Positions 25,001 to 35,623 of a stretch of DNA of 64,000 bases are shown here, piece by piece. The notes below the pieces were generated by a model. It made no database searches. It had not been told where the DNA came from and saw only the letters and a program-made list of their open reading frames with translations. The translations under genes were made by a program, and so were the position numbers. The DNA is taken from the NCBI GenBank assembly GCA_976226885.1, contig OZ320314.1, positions 13,764,001-13,828,000 of the forward strand, read 5' to 3'. Position 1 is the first letter of the stretch; each line of letters opens with the position of its first letter. This DNA comes from Iphione sp. A-MEVVRFRX5 (lineage: Eukaryota).

Positions 25001-25902
25001 GTGTATGTCCCTGCCCCTCAACCTCCGTTGGTTCATCATTATTTTCTGTCTATAAGCATGCATTCAGTTCTTCTCCTTCTCCTTCTTCTTCTTCTTCTTC
25101 TTCTTCTTCTTCTTCTTCTTCAGAAGATGACATTCCTCCATCATTTATTTAATTTATGGCCGTGATGTCCATCAATAGGAAATTAACTGCTGTACCCTTT
25201 TAGTGGCTGCCCTCGGTAATCTCTCCAAATTGCAATAGTGGACAAGTTCACACCACACACATATGACTTCATTACCAAGGTGATCACAGAGACATATTGT
25301 TAAATATTTCATATCTTTCTTCCAGAAGATACACTTTATTATCATTGTGAATAACAATCATCAAAAATTTAACAAATATGGTCTTTTACAACAGACACTG
25401 GTTCATTTAATCCATCATATGCTACCATACAATCCATCCACTGCATTCTGGAAGGGGATAAGCATCATCGGGAAGTGATATAATGATCTAGCGTTGGATT
25501 TATTAATGGCACCAACAATTTTTTCTCATGAGGACAATATTATGAATGAGTACATACCCTGTTAACACTTGTCAAGTTCAGAGGGTAAAACACTGGTACA
25601 ATAGTGATCCAGGCTATGATACATCCAAGAGTGAAACCTACTGGGAAAAGCATTAAAGCATTTCCCCTGGTGTATGCCTCAGCAGGGACCCCAAGTACCA
25701 AAACAGTAGAGAATAAAGATGCTGTAAAAGACAGTGCGATGGCAATCACATTTAGGTTTCTGTTCCCAACAAGATACTCGCGTGTTGACTTGGTATGTCT
25801 TGTTCTGTATGCAAAAACAGAGCCTATGATGACAGTGATGCCTAGTGTCCCAGCAAGCAGGACATATTCCACCCAATGCAAAGTTTCCGGAGCACTCATC
25901 AT
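6974..25902 (-). CDS. Gene A span: sodium:solute symporter, SLC5A5/6/8/12 (NIS/SMVT/SMCT)-like, 15 coding exons, 589-590 aa
   Basis: Exons 25902-25558, 22336-22268, 21335-21284, 21052-20985, 20716-20636, 18732-18659, 17023-16883, 12959-12824, 12586-12501, 11846-11734, 10766-10609, 10485-10301, 7591-7482, 7228-7125, 7024-6974. All introns GT-AG, phases compatible, 1773 nt from the first ATG. SSS motifs: EYLVGNRN, LGVPAEAY, YLQLRF, GGIRAVIWTDVFQ, QSSMQRY, GCDP..NPNQLIPYF, PGIPG, YSVSYLW. Confidence 0.93.
7125..7228 (-). CDS. Gene A exon 14 (CTRGMQ...TEVK)
   Basis: tag acceptor, GTAAGT donor, phase 1 to 0. Confidence 0.8.
7482..7591 (-). CDS. Gene A exon 13 (PYDNPLIKFYSVSYLW...SALT)
   Basis: ttgcag/GTGAGG; last TM with SYLW motif. 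Confidence 0.9.
9322..9410 (+). mobile_element. tRNA-derived SINE head (Pol III A and B boxes)
   Basis: A box TGGCCAAATGG 9329-9339, B box GGTTCAAATCC 9378-9388; I could not fold a complete cloverleaf, so not called a tRNA gene. Confidence 0.6.
9649..10002. mobile_element. Non-autonomous piggyBac-type MITE, 354 bp
   Basis: TTAA at 9645-9648 and 10003-10006; TIR CCCTTTGACGGC / CCCTCTGACGGC (11/12). Confidence 0.88.
10301..10485 (-). CDS. Gene A exon 12 (GVSVGG...MASV)
   Basis: tag/GTAAGT; loop with three N-glycosylation sequons (NST, NMT, NVT). Confidence 0.9.
10609..10766 (-). CDS. Gene A exon 11 (VIIGV...GGTLIQ...FINWI)
   Basis: ttttcag/GTAAGA; lies within track ORF 10543-10827. Confidence 0.92.
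11734..11846 (-). CDS. Gene A exon 10 (SASTNLISGATNAYED...KVL)
   Basis: ttacag/GTAAGT; Na2-site helix. Confidence 0.92.
12501..12586 (-). CDS. Gene A exon 9 (LIPYF...PGIPG...AASLS)
   Basis: ttgtag/GTTTGA. Confidence 0.92.
12824..12959 (-). CDS. Gene A exon 8 (CLVIV...GCDP...NPNQ)
   Basis: ttgcag/GTATGT; AKL-to-SGL spacing matches SMCT-type sequences. Confidence 0.9.
13980..15290 (-). mobile_element. Highly degenerate DIRS/Ngaro-like retrotransposon RT-RNaseH relic in intron 7
   Basis: Frameshifted remnants HPS...PDQIDNFVHEE...GPF, IGKG.LLA...YR, GAVIGT..MLEVPEE, KLLQV.NC.H.A, and an RNaseH-like tail (..LKLCVESN...YIP). Parts also present in B (~41540-41700). Confidence 0.5.
16883..17023 (-). 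CDS. Gene A exon 7 (VSADPTIRYTIW...QSSMQRY...AKL)
   Basis: ttcaag/GTAAGT. Confidence 0.92.
18659..18732 (-). CDS. Gene A exon 6 (AIHSVGG...HNIA)
   Basis: ttcag/GTAAGT. Confidence 0.88.
20636..20716 (-). CDS. Gene A exon 5 (GGIRAVIWTDVFQ...CIK)
   Basis: SSS signature motif; ccaag/GTAAAA. Confidence 0.95.
20985..21052 (-). CDS. Gene A exon 4 (TGFPVW...IYTCL)
   Basis: ttcaag/GTGAGT. Confidence 0.92.
21284..21335 (-). CDS. Gene A exon 3 (VLVTCIDFFGPSIALQA)
   Basis: tttcag/GTGAGT. Confidence 0.9.
22268..22336 (-). CDS. Gene A exon 2 (YLQLRF...VNL)
   Basis: ttatag/GTAGGT; YLxxRF motif. Confidence 0.92.
22898..25457 (-). mobile_element. piggyBac transposon, internally deleted relic, 2560 bp, in gene A intron 1
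   Basis: TTAA 22894-22897 and ATAA 25458-25461; TIR CCCCTTCTGGA / CCCCTTCCAGA; empty TTAA site in B near 51140; acidic N-terminal remnant (MSSSEEEE...); C-terminal Cys-rich remnant CHVC...C...CNVHLC...RNCFILWH at ~24410-24540. Confidence 0.85.
25068..25121. repeat. (CTT)n microsatellite, poly-Glu in the piggyBac relic
   Basis: Direct reading. Confidence 0.95.
25558..25902 (-). CDS. Gene A coding exon 1 (MMSAPETLHW...LTSVNR)
   Basis: ATG at 25902 or 25899; upstream acceptor taactag ending at 25928; GTATGT donor. Confidence 0.93.
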
Positions 25903-28112
25903 TGCTTTTTCTCGGGGATGTTGCAACCTAGTTAATGTAAGATGAATAAAAAATGATTCTCATGTCAATTTTGTTTTTCTATATATTCTATAACATTTGC
26001 TTCTTGTAAAAAATCAATCTGTGGTTATGATGGCATGCCAAGAATAGCAACTTGTTTCCCAAAGCCTCAAAACCTCATGGTAAAGACCAGTGTTCAGTTG
26101 CTACCAGTACTGCTATCTGTCATAGTTGGATAAGATTATATTCCATGCATGCATGAAGTATGTTTGAGTCTCATGGAGTATTATGAAAGCTTGTCCATGT
26201 CACTTTAATTATATATTATGTCCCTATTGTTGTTTATTATGTATTACCTCACTTTAGAAACAAGAAAACAATCATGTTTTTATTGTAGACTGAGACAGTT
26301 CCCAAACATGCTATATAAATACATGCCACATATTACATACTACAAACATGCATTAAAACATGCCAGCTGTTGTATATCACCAAAACTTAGTGCAAAAATA
26401 TACTTGTTACTGTTTAAAGGGTGTTTGCATTCTATGAGCCTGTTGATTATTATATTTTTATCAGCATGAATGGTGAACATATTCATACGTAATATTAACA
26501 TATCAAAATAAAGATATATATTCACATGCACAAAAAGTGCTGGACAAAAAGTGTTTAATATTTAACTGTGAGAATGGATGGTGTCACTAACAAATTCTGT
26601 TTCTTTCATCTTACCAGTAAAGCATACATTATCCCTCTCAATGCATCTAATGGTATACAATGGACCCACTGTGGTCTGGAGCTGTGATACAGTTGTGACT
26701 TTTAGTGATTATACTAAGATGAGTGTGGAAGTAAGCTAATTACACTATGGACCATTGTTGCAGAAATAAATTTGATTGCTTACTCTCAAGCATTTGTGTT
26801 GATTTGTGTAGAATGTCATGTGTGTACAAACCAAGAGCTTTTATTCTCTTGTCAAACTCACTAACATGTTGTCTACAACTGTACATTGTTCGGCAATAAT
26901 CCAAGCTGAACATGAACTTCTTAGTGTTGTATATTCACAACTACATTATTATCCACTTGAAACTGTTATCTTTCTATTTCACAAGAAGTAGAGTGAAACA
27001 AATACTTCAGTGTTATCTTGTTATCAGTGTTATTGCATTAGTATTTCATACTTGGTACATTCAAAATACCTAAAAGTAATGCCCTATTATTGTATACACT
27101 ATTGTCTGTTCCCATGCATTAAACATAGTGAATATGTTATAAATTAGTTACTCTTCTCCAAATATAAAAAAAGCTGCAGGACAAATTACACCAATGGTTC
27201 TTGACATTATAAATTGGGAATTGCAGTAGAGATATATATGCTTAGAATAATTTTTCATGGAAACATGTTTTTCAACTTAAGCAATACACTTGCAGTTTTA
27301 TATCCTGTTGGTTTTGATAACATAACCAGAAACACAATCTGAAATAGAAAACTGAATTTTGATCATACAAATGCTTATTGAGTGTGATATTAATGTTAGC
27401 CTTGTTTCCATACATGCATGTGAATTGCTATGATTGTCAAAAATGATGAATTCAGGGCAAGATGTTCCATTCATGCATGTCAGTGCTCGTATATGTATGT
27501 GTATGATGGTTTCAAACACTAATTGATAATTTTATGCAGCACGCCAGAAATGCATATAGTATCATGAGTAGGATAAAGCATGATGCTGCACACAGCTATA
27601 TTTTTTCTCATATTGTGAATTTTTCAATCAGATTTGCAGCTGTTGGAATGTTTACTAGTCAGATTTACTATTTTCAGGATGGTTTATCATCAAATTCTCC
27701 ACATTTTGCATACCTTATTGATCAACTTTGCTTAAGTATATAAATTAGGTACGTTTTATGTGTTAAGAAATTTTGGACACTTATGAAATGCATCCTACTG
27801 CAGACACCAAAAATGCTTCAATGAGGATCTGGGACAGTCCTCCATGTGATACCAAAGACACAAACCTGCCAGCATGAAGGCACAGAGGAACATAAATCCG
27901 GCTTATTCAGTACTACAGAGGTGCTTCATCAATTGAAAATGTAATATTTGTCTGTGATGTCTAGAACAGGTGAAACTTCAATGTTTTGCTTGCTTTACAA
28001 GGATTTCCACAACATGATATGCCCATGAAAGTCATTTGATGTAGTCTGAACAAGTCATAGTGAACCAGTTTATACTTCATGTGGGCATCAATTACATCAT
28101 ATGTGTAAATAT

Positions 28113-28683
28113 TGTAGTGGAGACATGTTCGTAATCCACAAGTTCCTCACCGCATGGTGTGGGTAAGAGCTAATAATAGACACTGGGGTTAATTGTTATT
28201 GCATAGTCTGATGTCTAGGTATTGCATAAGGGTGATTACATAGCCTCTCTAGTAACCACTCCAGTAACTTTACAGGAGCACCTACAGGAGCAACCAATCA
28301 GATGGTTGCAGAGGTTAGCTTTACAGGAGTAACTACAGGAGCAACCAATCAGGAGGTTGCAGGAGTTATTTTTGTTAACAGTCCAGTCAGAATGTCTAGA
28401 CAGTGTCTAACTTTAGAGCAGGAGCTAGACATATGTCTGGAGCATTACTATTTTTAGCAGCAGGTCCAGACGTTTGTCTAGACAGTTACCGTGTCATGTG
28501 ACTTATCAACAAGAGTATATAAGGATGTACTTTTTCCTGTTATAAACAGTTATTCTCTAAACTGCACTCCAAGAGAGCACCATTCCAGCAGGCTAGATTT
28601 CTGCATTTGGAGTGAACCATATTTTATGATAGTTGTTATCATTTCTCGTTGCCTTCCTTGTCAGAGACCAAGCTCGTGTTACA
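28113..28683 (+). mobile_element. Solo LTR, 571 bp
   Basis: TGT...ACA ends, perfect ATAT 4-bp TSD, CCAAT at 28294 and 28345, TATATAAG at 28516; homologous to 57008-57528. Confidence 0.82.
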
Positions 28684-29869
28684 ATATGTTATAGGAGAAC
28701 ACTAAAATCCTGAATTATTAGAGTAATTGATGGCAAGAACTTTCATGTCTTTCAGTCTATGATAAGATTCATATAGATAGTGCCAAAAAATGAGAGATGT
28801 ACAAGATGTACAACACTCATGAATACTACTTCACGATTGAGCTGTGGATACTTACACCTTAGTTTATTGTGTAACAAATTTAGGAATACACAATATCGCA
28901 TAATTCTTCTTCAGCTTTGCTTCATTGCAGAGGATTGTTCAGTGTTTACACACATAGTCAAAGAACAATCATTTAACTCCTATCCTAAAGGCTATCCATT
29001 TAACCTTATGCTAAATATTAGACATTTAGGCCAAATAATTTGACAATCTTCACCAAAATAATTCAGTTAACATGAACATTGTTACAGTATAATCACAAGT
29101 ATGAAGGCTTATTCTACACTTTGTTCATTGTTACCACTTAGATGCTTTGGCCATTAATTTTAAGCAGAATGTACACTCTTTCAGGTAAAATAAGAAAAAA
29201 CAAAATTCACACTATTAATTCTCATAGTATATATTAAAGCTTTAATTAAGAGCTGTGTTACAAATGACAGTACCAGCCCAAGGAGGCAATGGGATGAATT
29301 AAGTGACACTATCAGAGGTCCCTTTATTAGGCAAACTGCTTAATTTACCAATCAAACTCTCTCACGTTCATGCCAGTCCTATCCACAAGCTTAATATACA
29401 ATAAATATAAAGTAGCATAAAAAGCATGACAAAAAATTAAGGGACTTAACATTAGAAGAAGCCTGATATTGTACAGTCTTATAAATAAGGTAAGTATGTA
29501 CCAAAGAAGGGATTACACTGCACGGAGTACGTTCTTGTTCAACTTTGGTTTATTGAGGAGCAAACAGCAGAAGCACCGGGTTGGCAAATCTGAAAAGAGT
29601 ACATCCGCTCCTCAGCTGTAATAATTATATAATTTTCAACTGTTGGTGTAACCCAAGGCATTCTTACCCAATATTCCAATAATAACACTATAAGATTAAA
29701 CAACTTGCAGCTGCAACCAATATCAAAACGTCATAACAGTCCTCAGTCCACACAAGTTTTCATTCTGTGTCAAATGCACCAAATACTATACTCCATATGA
29801 AAGCTCTATTTCACCAATTATATCTTGTCTACATAAGTATCACATAAAGGTAACTAACTGTCCACTTAC

Positions 29870-29886
29870 CTGTTGGTCACAGCATG
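29870..29886 (-). other. Candidate 17-nt 5'UTR micro-exon of gene A (paralog 55574-55590)
   Basis: ccttttatag|CATGCTGTGACCAACAG|gtaagt; in B ccttttgcag|CATGCTATGACTAACAG|gtaagt. Confidence 0.45.
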
Positions 29887-31336
29887 CTATAAAAGGCAGA
29901 CAGCAGACACTGATAATTATGGTGGAGGTCGCACAGGTACACACTTAATCATTTTGAGAATAAACACACTATTTTCAGCATAATAGTACATAATGAACCA
30001 TTGTTATGACATTGAAAATATGATATACAGATATAAAGAGCCCATATGAATCATATGCCAAAGAAGACACATAATAAACGGTGAACAGTAAAATTTTATA
30101 GAGATAGAAACTTCAATTTGCCAATTGAATGATATGGCCTAAATTACACAGCGTAAAAGGGATATGGTAAATTGTATGGTGTAGGACACAGCAGACACAA
30201 AGCACACTAAAGGATAAAGTACAAAATAGACAGTATACCATGCATGATGCTGAATGATGTATTGAAAGACACAGTGTATTAAAACTCACCTGCACTTTTG
30301 CTGAAAAATAGTACACCCTGAAGAGGTTTCTATGGTCTGCTTGCAGGTAGCTAGTTTTGAATTAGACAAATTATTAATATACACATTTACAGGATACATG
30401 TATATATTTATTATAAATACAAAACTTGACTTGTAAAATCCATAATCATTCAATTGCAAATCATTCATTACCAATATATATCTAGCTTTTGAACTACTTG
30501 TGTCATTACTATCTTACCTCCATTTAGAGCACATTGCAATAAATATCATATGTTACTTCAGCTCTATAATTATTACATCCTCCAGCTCTTATTGTTAAAA
30601 TAAATGTAAAACCCTAATATTTGGACTTTCTCAACTAAAAAACAAGCTCCCTCTCTCACTATCCCTCCTAGTATTTGAACCTTAACATCTAAAACTGACT
30701 CACTAACTTTGCTAATTTTGCTAAGTAAAAAATTAATTTATTTATTAATAAACTACAAAATAATGTCATCCCCTACCCCTTATTCAGTAGGGAGATGAAA
30801 GTTATGCAGCTTAGAGACACAGCATATTTTACATCAGTCAAATTCAATTTTTTTTCTTTGAATAAGTATAATTTATTGTGTATGAACCCTACATTTTTGA
30901 GTGATTTATTTTGATTCATTTAGTGTATATATATATTGGATGTGGTGTGCAATTCCAGTAGATGGGTAACTTAATTTGGAGGTAAAGATATGTCTCAAGG
31001 GCATATCAGGGATAACATCTCTAAGGCATCAAGTAATAGGCCTCCTGGTTCTGACCCCTTCCCCTGGGGGTAGATCAGTAAGGACATGAAATCATTTTCC
31101 ATAAGGCGGTGTTCACATGTATCAGGACTTATCTGCTAAGCATCCACAGATGGGTGCAGATATATTTCGAGCCCATTCTTATCATTTGTAGCATTCACAT
31201 ATAGGCACATTCTTATGTATCTGCACACAGGCATGGACGTCAAATCATCTGCGATGGGTTTGGTCCAGCCATGTATGCAGATTTTCATAGAATGCAGTGG
31301 TGAAGAGACATCTGCAGACCATATGTCAGCAATTGA

Positions 31337-33250
31337 CTTAATTTGCTAATGTCATCTTGAAGTTTTTGTTTTATGATTGCAGGGTCCTTATATGTTTAAA
31401 AAGATTTGTATCGTCTGCATGCATTATGCACTCAGATCCAATATCATGTTTGATGCTGTCATTTATAAATAAGTTAAACATCACTGGGCCAAGGATACTT
31501 CCATGGGGTACCCCAGTCCCCAGAGGAAGTTTATCCAAAATATGACCATTGGCTTTTGTCTGGATGGTTCTTCTACACAGATACGGATTTAACTAGGAAC
31601 TTATTTTTTAAAGCCTATTTTAGATTTTAAATCAATAGAATGTGATTTATTGTGTCGAAAGCCTTACTGAAATCTGTAAAAACTGCCCCCACAAGTTCCC
31701 CATCATGAAAGGTTTTATGTATATAAACCAAAAGATCATTTAAAGCTGTGTGTGTAGACTTCCCTTTCTGAAACCAGCAATCCTGGAAAATATATTCCAA
31801 TGTACTTTGCATTAACTGTCTTGTTCATAGAAACATTTAACCCCAGGCTGTGTTAACATGGCACAGAGTATCCACAATTTACATGATTTGTATCTGCCTG
31901 TTTCTGAAGATTGATAGAATAGGCACACTAGTTAATGTAGTAGGAAATCAGAGTATGACTGTTATTTCTGGACAGCTACTCATATACATGTAAAGAGTCT
32001 TTGGGGAGTTATCCAGTTGATCCCCACAGCTGCATTTCCTACAGAAATAACTAGTGGGCAGTTTAGTATGAAAGTCTGAGTATTACTACAAAAAACATAT
32101 ACAAATCTCTCCTTTTTTCCCTTGTTCTCTCTGTGTTATTAAAAAGAAAGGGACTACTCAACCTACATGCCCAATTCTGATCAATTCACCTGGTTTTTCC
32201 TTATTTCAATTTTATCCTATCTGTTATTTTAACCATGATAAAGAGCAAAGGAGGTATGTAATAAAAACAGGTTGTGTGATTGCCAAAACCTTTATTTCTG
32301 ATCCACCACCAAGATACAAGTCTGTGTGAAATCAAGCAATGAGCTTCACCACCTCGGTATAGGTGTTTTGATGCTTAAAATTTATGAATGAAAACATTTA
32401 GTAGCATTTTGTAATCTTTAAGCTTAATTTACTTTGCTTGTATATTTTCTTGCCAAGTCCTCAGTTGGATTACTTATGAGTTTCAAATAAAATTGTATGC
32501 ATAGTTTTGGTGAAACTGTGTGCTCTGACAAGGTGTACATGTACTACCTAATCCAGAAGGAATCATTGTTACATGCATTATTCCAATTAGAATATATTAT
32601 CAGTGATGTATGGAAGAGAATAGGTACAGGAAATACCATTAATTGAAGAACAGTGCACCCAAACTCAGTGAAATTTAGTTAAGGCAATTTCATCTGCAGC
32701 TGGCGAAGAAGTCTATGTCTACTGTATACATCATAAGAATGTGCTCAGTATGTGATGTAATGCTAAATTATTGATATACATGTAAGCATCTGCTTGGAAA
32801 TACCCTTGAGGGTATACAATGTATAGATCTGTCTTTGCCATAGGCTTGGGCCAGCTAAATTAAGATTGCTACCACAGCAAAACATGATAAATGAGGACAT
32901 TTTATATATGGGAAAAAACATACCTCAATTTGTAAGTGTGGTGATGATACACCACTGTGTTCTTGAGTGATACTTCATGGAAATATCTCATGATATCAGC
33001 ATGGGTAAGAGACAATGCATTACATGAATACAGCTAAATGTATTCCAAATGAGATAAAGTTTGCCTATTACCCTTCAAGCATTCCATCAATTTCTGGAAA
33101 GATGGCTATTAGGCCCTTTTCAACCTATCCAAATAAAATTAACTGAGTGATTTTTTAAACATGACTAGGGAAGAAAGAAAAACTCAAAAAGGTGACAATT
33201 ATTTAAGTAAAGCTGAATACATTCTGACCCAGTGGTAGGTTGCATTGTAG
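31337..33250 (-). mobile_element. Duplicated copy of the same LINE, 3' part cut off at the duplication junction
   Basis: VGAVFTDFSKAFDTINH (track ORF 31627-31812); aligns with 2073-3950. Confidence 0.8.
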
Positions 33251-35572
33251 TTCATTTAACTGTGCACTGTATTTCCTCCCTTCTTTATCGATTTCAATGT
33301 AATTTTGGAACAGATTGGTTTGGTGTCATCCAAGTAATTGTCACCAAAGATTAAGTACTTTGTAGAGTAGAAACTACCTTGCAGGCAGTCATTCACTCAT
33401 AAGACCTACTAAAACAAGGTCTGTGTTTCTGACTCCAATCTTGAAAGAAGGGCAATTTTTGTTAGTCTTATTTCTTATGTGATTTCTTCAGAATGGATAA
33501 ATCTCAAAACATATACAATACATCAGTGTTTCCCTTAGGTCCTCAGTTACCAAATTACAAATGCTTTATTAGATATAACTATAAGTGATGGTTCTAGGAT
33601 TGTAAAGTATTGTCTAGTCTTTTCACAGGAACATTTACATATAAAAACAGACTAACCTCGCTTGTTACACAATTCTTATTTTTGATCTATCCTCAACATA
33701 TCAATTCTGAGGGGATTTGGATTCACCAATTACAGGTCAGTCTCAAGTTTCAATATGTTTTACATTGCAACCTTTTTTCAATGGTTTCCTTGTAACTCGA
33801 TCACAACCATTGACATAGAAAAGAGCCAATTATAGGTGAGGAGGCCATTAGTCTAAGGTATGTGAAGATACCTTTGTATGTATATGTACACATGAGACCA
33901 AGGTGAAGACTTAATGATTTAAGTCTCTCCACAGGTTGATCTCATGAGACATCATTGACATGGAAAAATCCAATTAGTTCTTAACACCATACTGTAGGAG
34001 AAAACAGAATCATTCACACCTTAGCCTGACAACCTCTGTCGTTTTGTCATCTGATTGAAATATGCTGAAATATTACTCAGGATAATTATGTAATTAGAGT
34101 TATGTAATATATTTTAACTTCCAAATAAAAGTAGTCTGACAATTTTCTACTCTTGATCAGGACCAATTAGCCTTTTTGTACCTACAAGGAATATACCAAA
34201 ATGTCAAATTTCTTCAATAAATTTGAATAAAATTAGTTAAGATAACCTACAGTGTAGATCAAAATGAATTTTGTTTGAAATGTGAGATACAGTAGAATCC
34301 CATCCAGCAGGCAAATCAATTTGAAGGGAATTCAAGAATACAGATAGGTTTTGCTTCTCAATAGTGTATCTACAAACAAACCACTCTAGTAAAGAAAACT
34401 CTCACTAGTTCTTCCATGGCTACATTTGAAGGTCTCTAAAATTTCAGGTCTTGATTGTCACTCAATAACTTGTAAGACACAATAGGTTCTGTAGTGCTGT
34501 CTAACATTTCATCTTCATTTTTTACACCAGGATTCTGGAAATAAAATGGAAACATCCTCTGTGGAATATTAGTGGTCAGTATAATGTATTTTTAATTATT
34601 GTATTAAATAAATATGAAAATAAGAGATAACCTTTCTCACACAATACCACGATTTATATAAAACTTTTCCAACTGAAGGCAAGATATAAGGAATGTTAAC
34701 AGGAGTGAGTAGGAAAAGAATTGATGTCAAAATCAATAAATTACAGTGCATTTCTGATTATCTTTTTGACACATGAACCAATTTAATATTTTGTTCAAAA
34801 GAATAATTCTAATAGATTAACTGTATTATTCATGCTATCACAAGACTAGCCATTTGGATTTCAGTAAACAGTGTGCATTTAGGTGCTGTTGGGTTGCATT
34901 TTAGGATAAGCATACCATAAGGCCACAATTCAATGTGTAACTGTCTCTGTGAAACTTGTTTGTATGTGGTTTTACAGTGGGAATTGAGGACAATAATGTA
35001 TACCAGGAGTGTCTAATAAATCTGTTTAGCACCTAGCATATTGTGTGGGTCTGTGCAGTATGTTTGGGGAATGGGAATTGGCCCATTTGACTGTCTGTGT
35101 ATACATGTTTTAAATAGGAACTGTGCATATCCAGTGGGAAGCAATAGGGCTCTATGGCTTATCCATTACAATGTACCAGACAGAATCCTCCCTAAGTCAG
35201 TTTGTGTCATGTCAGAGGGGATTCTGTTACCAGTTTCACATTCACCTGAATTAGACATGTGGTTCTGATATAGCTGTTGCAATTTGATTGGCATACAGTA
35301 TTTGTCATGTTATAACATACAACAATTAGTGAACATATAACATGAAAGCATACAACACTAGTCAACCTATTCTGTGATAGCATATAGCATTGGTTGTTCT
35401 ATTGCATGATAGCTTAAGAGCATTGGTCAACCTGTCATGTGATAGCATATAGAATTGGTTGATCTGTTACATGATTGTATTAAACATTGGTAGATCTTTC
35501 ATTTGAGAGCATACAGCATTTCTTTACCTGTTATACATCATGCAGCACTGTTCGACATGTCACTTGTCTCTG

Positions 35573-35623
35573 TCAGTTATTAAATCTCAGTCTATCATGA
35601 TCCGACTGTTTTCTGAATTCAAG
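35573..35623 (-). CDS. Gene B exon 15 (LEFRKQSDHDRLRFNN*)
   Basis: ctgcag acceptor; stop conserved with A. Confidence 0.72.
   Translation of the reverse strand, partial: LEFRKQSDHDRLRFNN

Larger units (their letters stand above)
2073..31045. repeat. Tandem segmental duplication unit A
   Basis: Colinear similarity with 31337-57577 in exons, introns and flanks; starts at cttaatttg(t/c)taatgtcatc. Roughly 80-85% identity by eye. Right end approximate. Confidence 0.85.

Noticed and set aside
24980-25165. Poly-Leu ORF as a signal-peptide protein
   Set aside because: It is the CTT microsatellite read on the + strand inside the piggyBac relic.
25903-25926. Track ORF starts at 25926 (TTG) and 51611 (GTG) as N-terminal extensions
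   Set aside because: Both lie just after a splice acceptor, and the spacing to ATG-AGT differs by one base between paralogs (28 vs 27 nt), so this is 5'UTR.
25604-25945. + strand ORFs 25604-25945 and 51289-51615 conserved in both copies
   Set aside because: Antisense shadows of coding exon 1; the conservation is explained by the sense CDS.
27400-28100. Academ-like transposase remnant (..MQNVENLMINHPE..)
   Set aside because: A single weak motif among many stops; cannot be supported without an HMM search.
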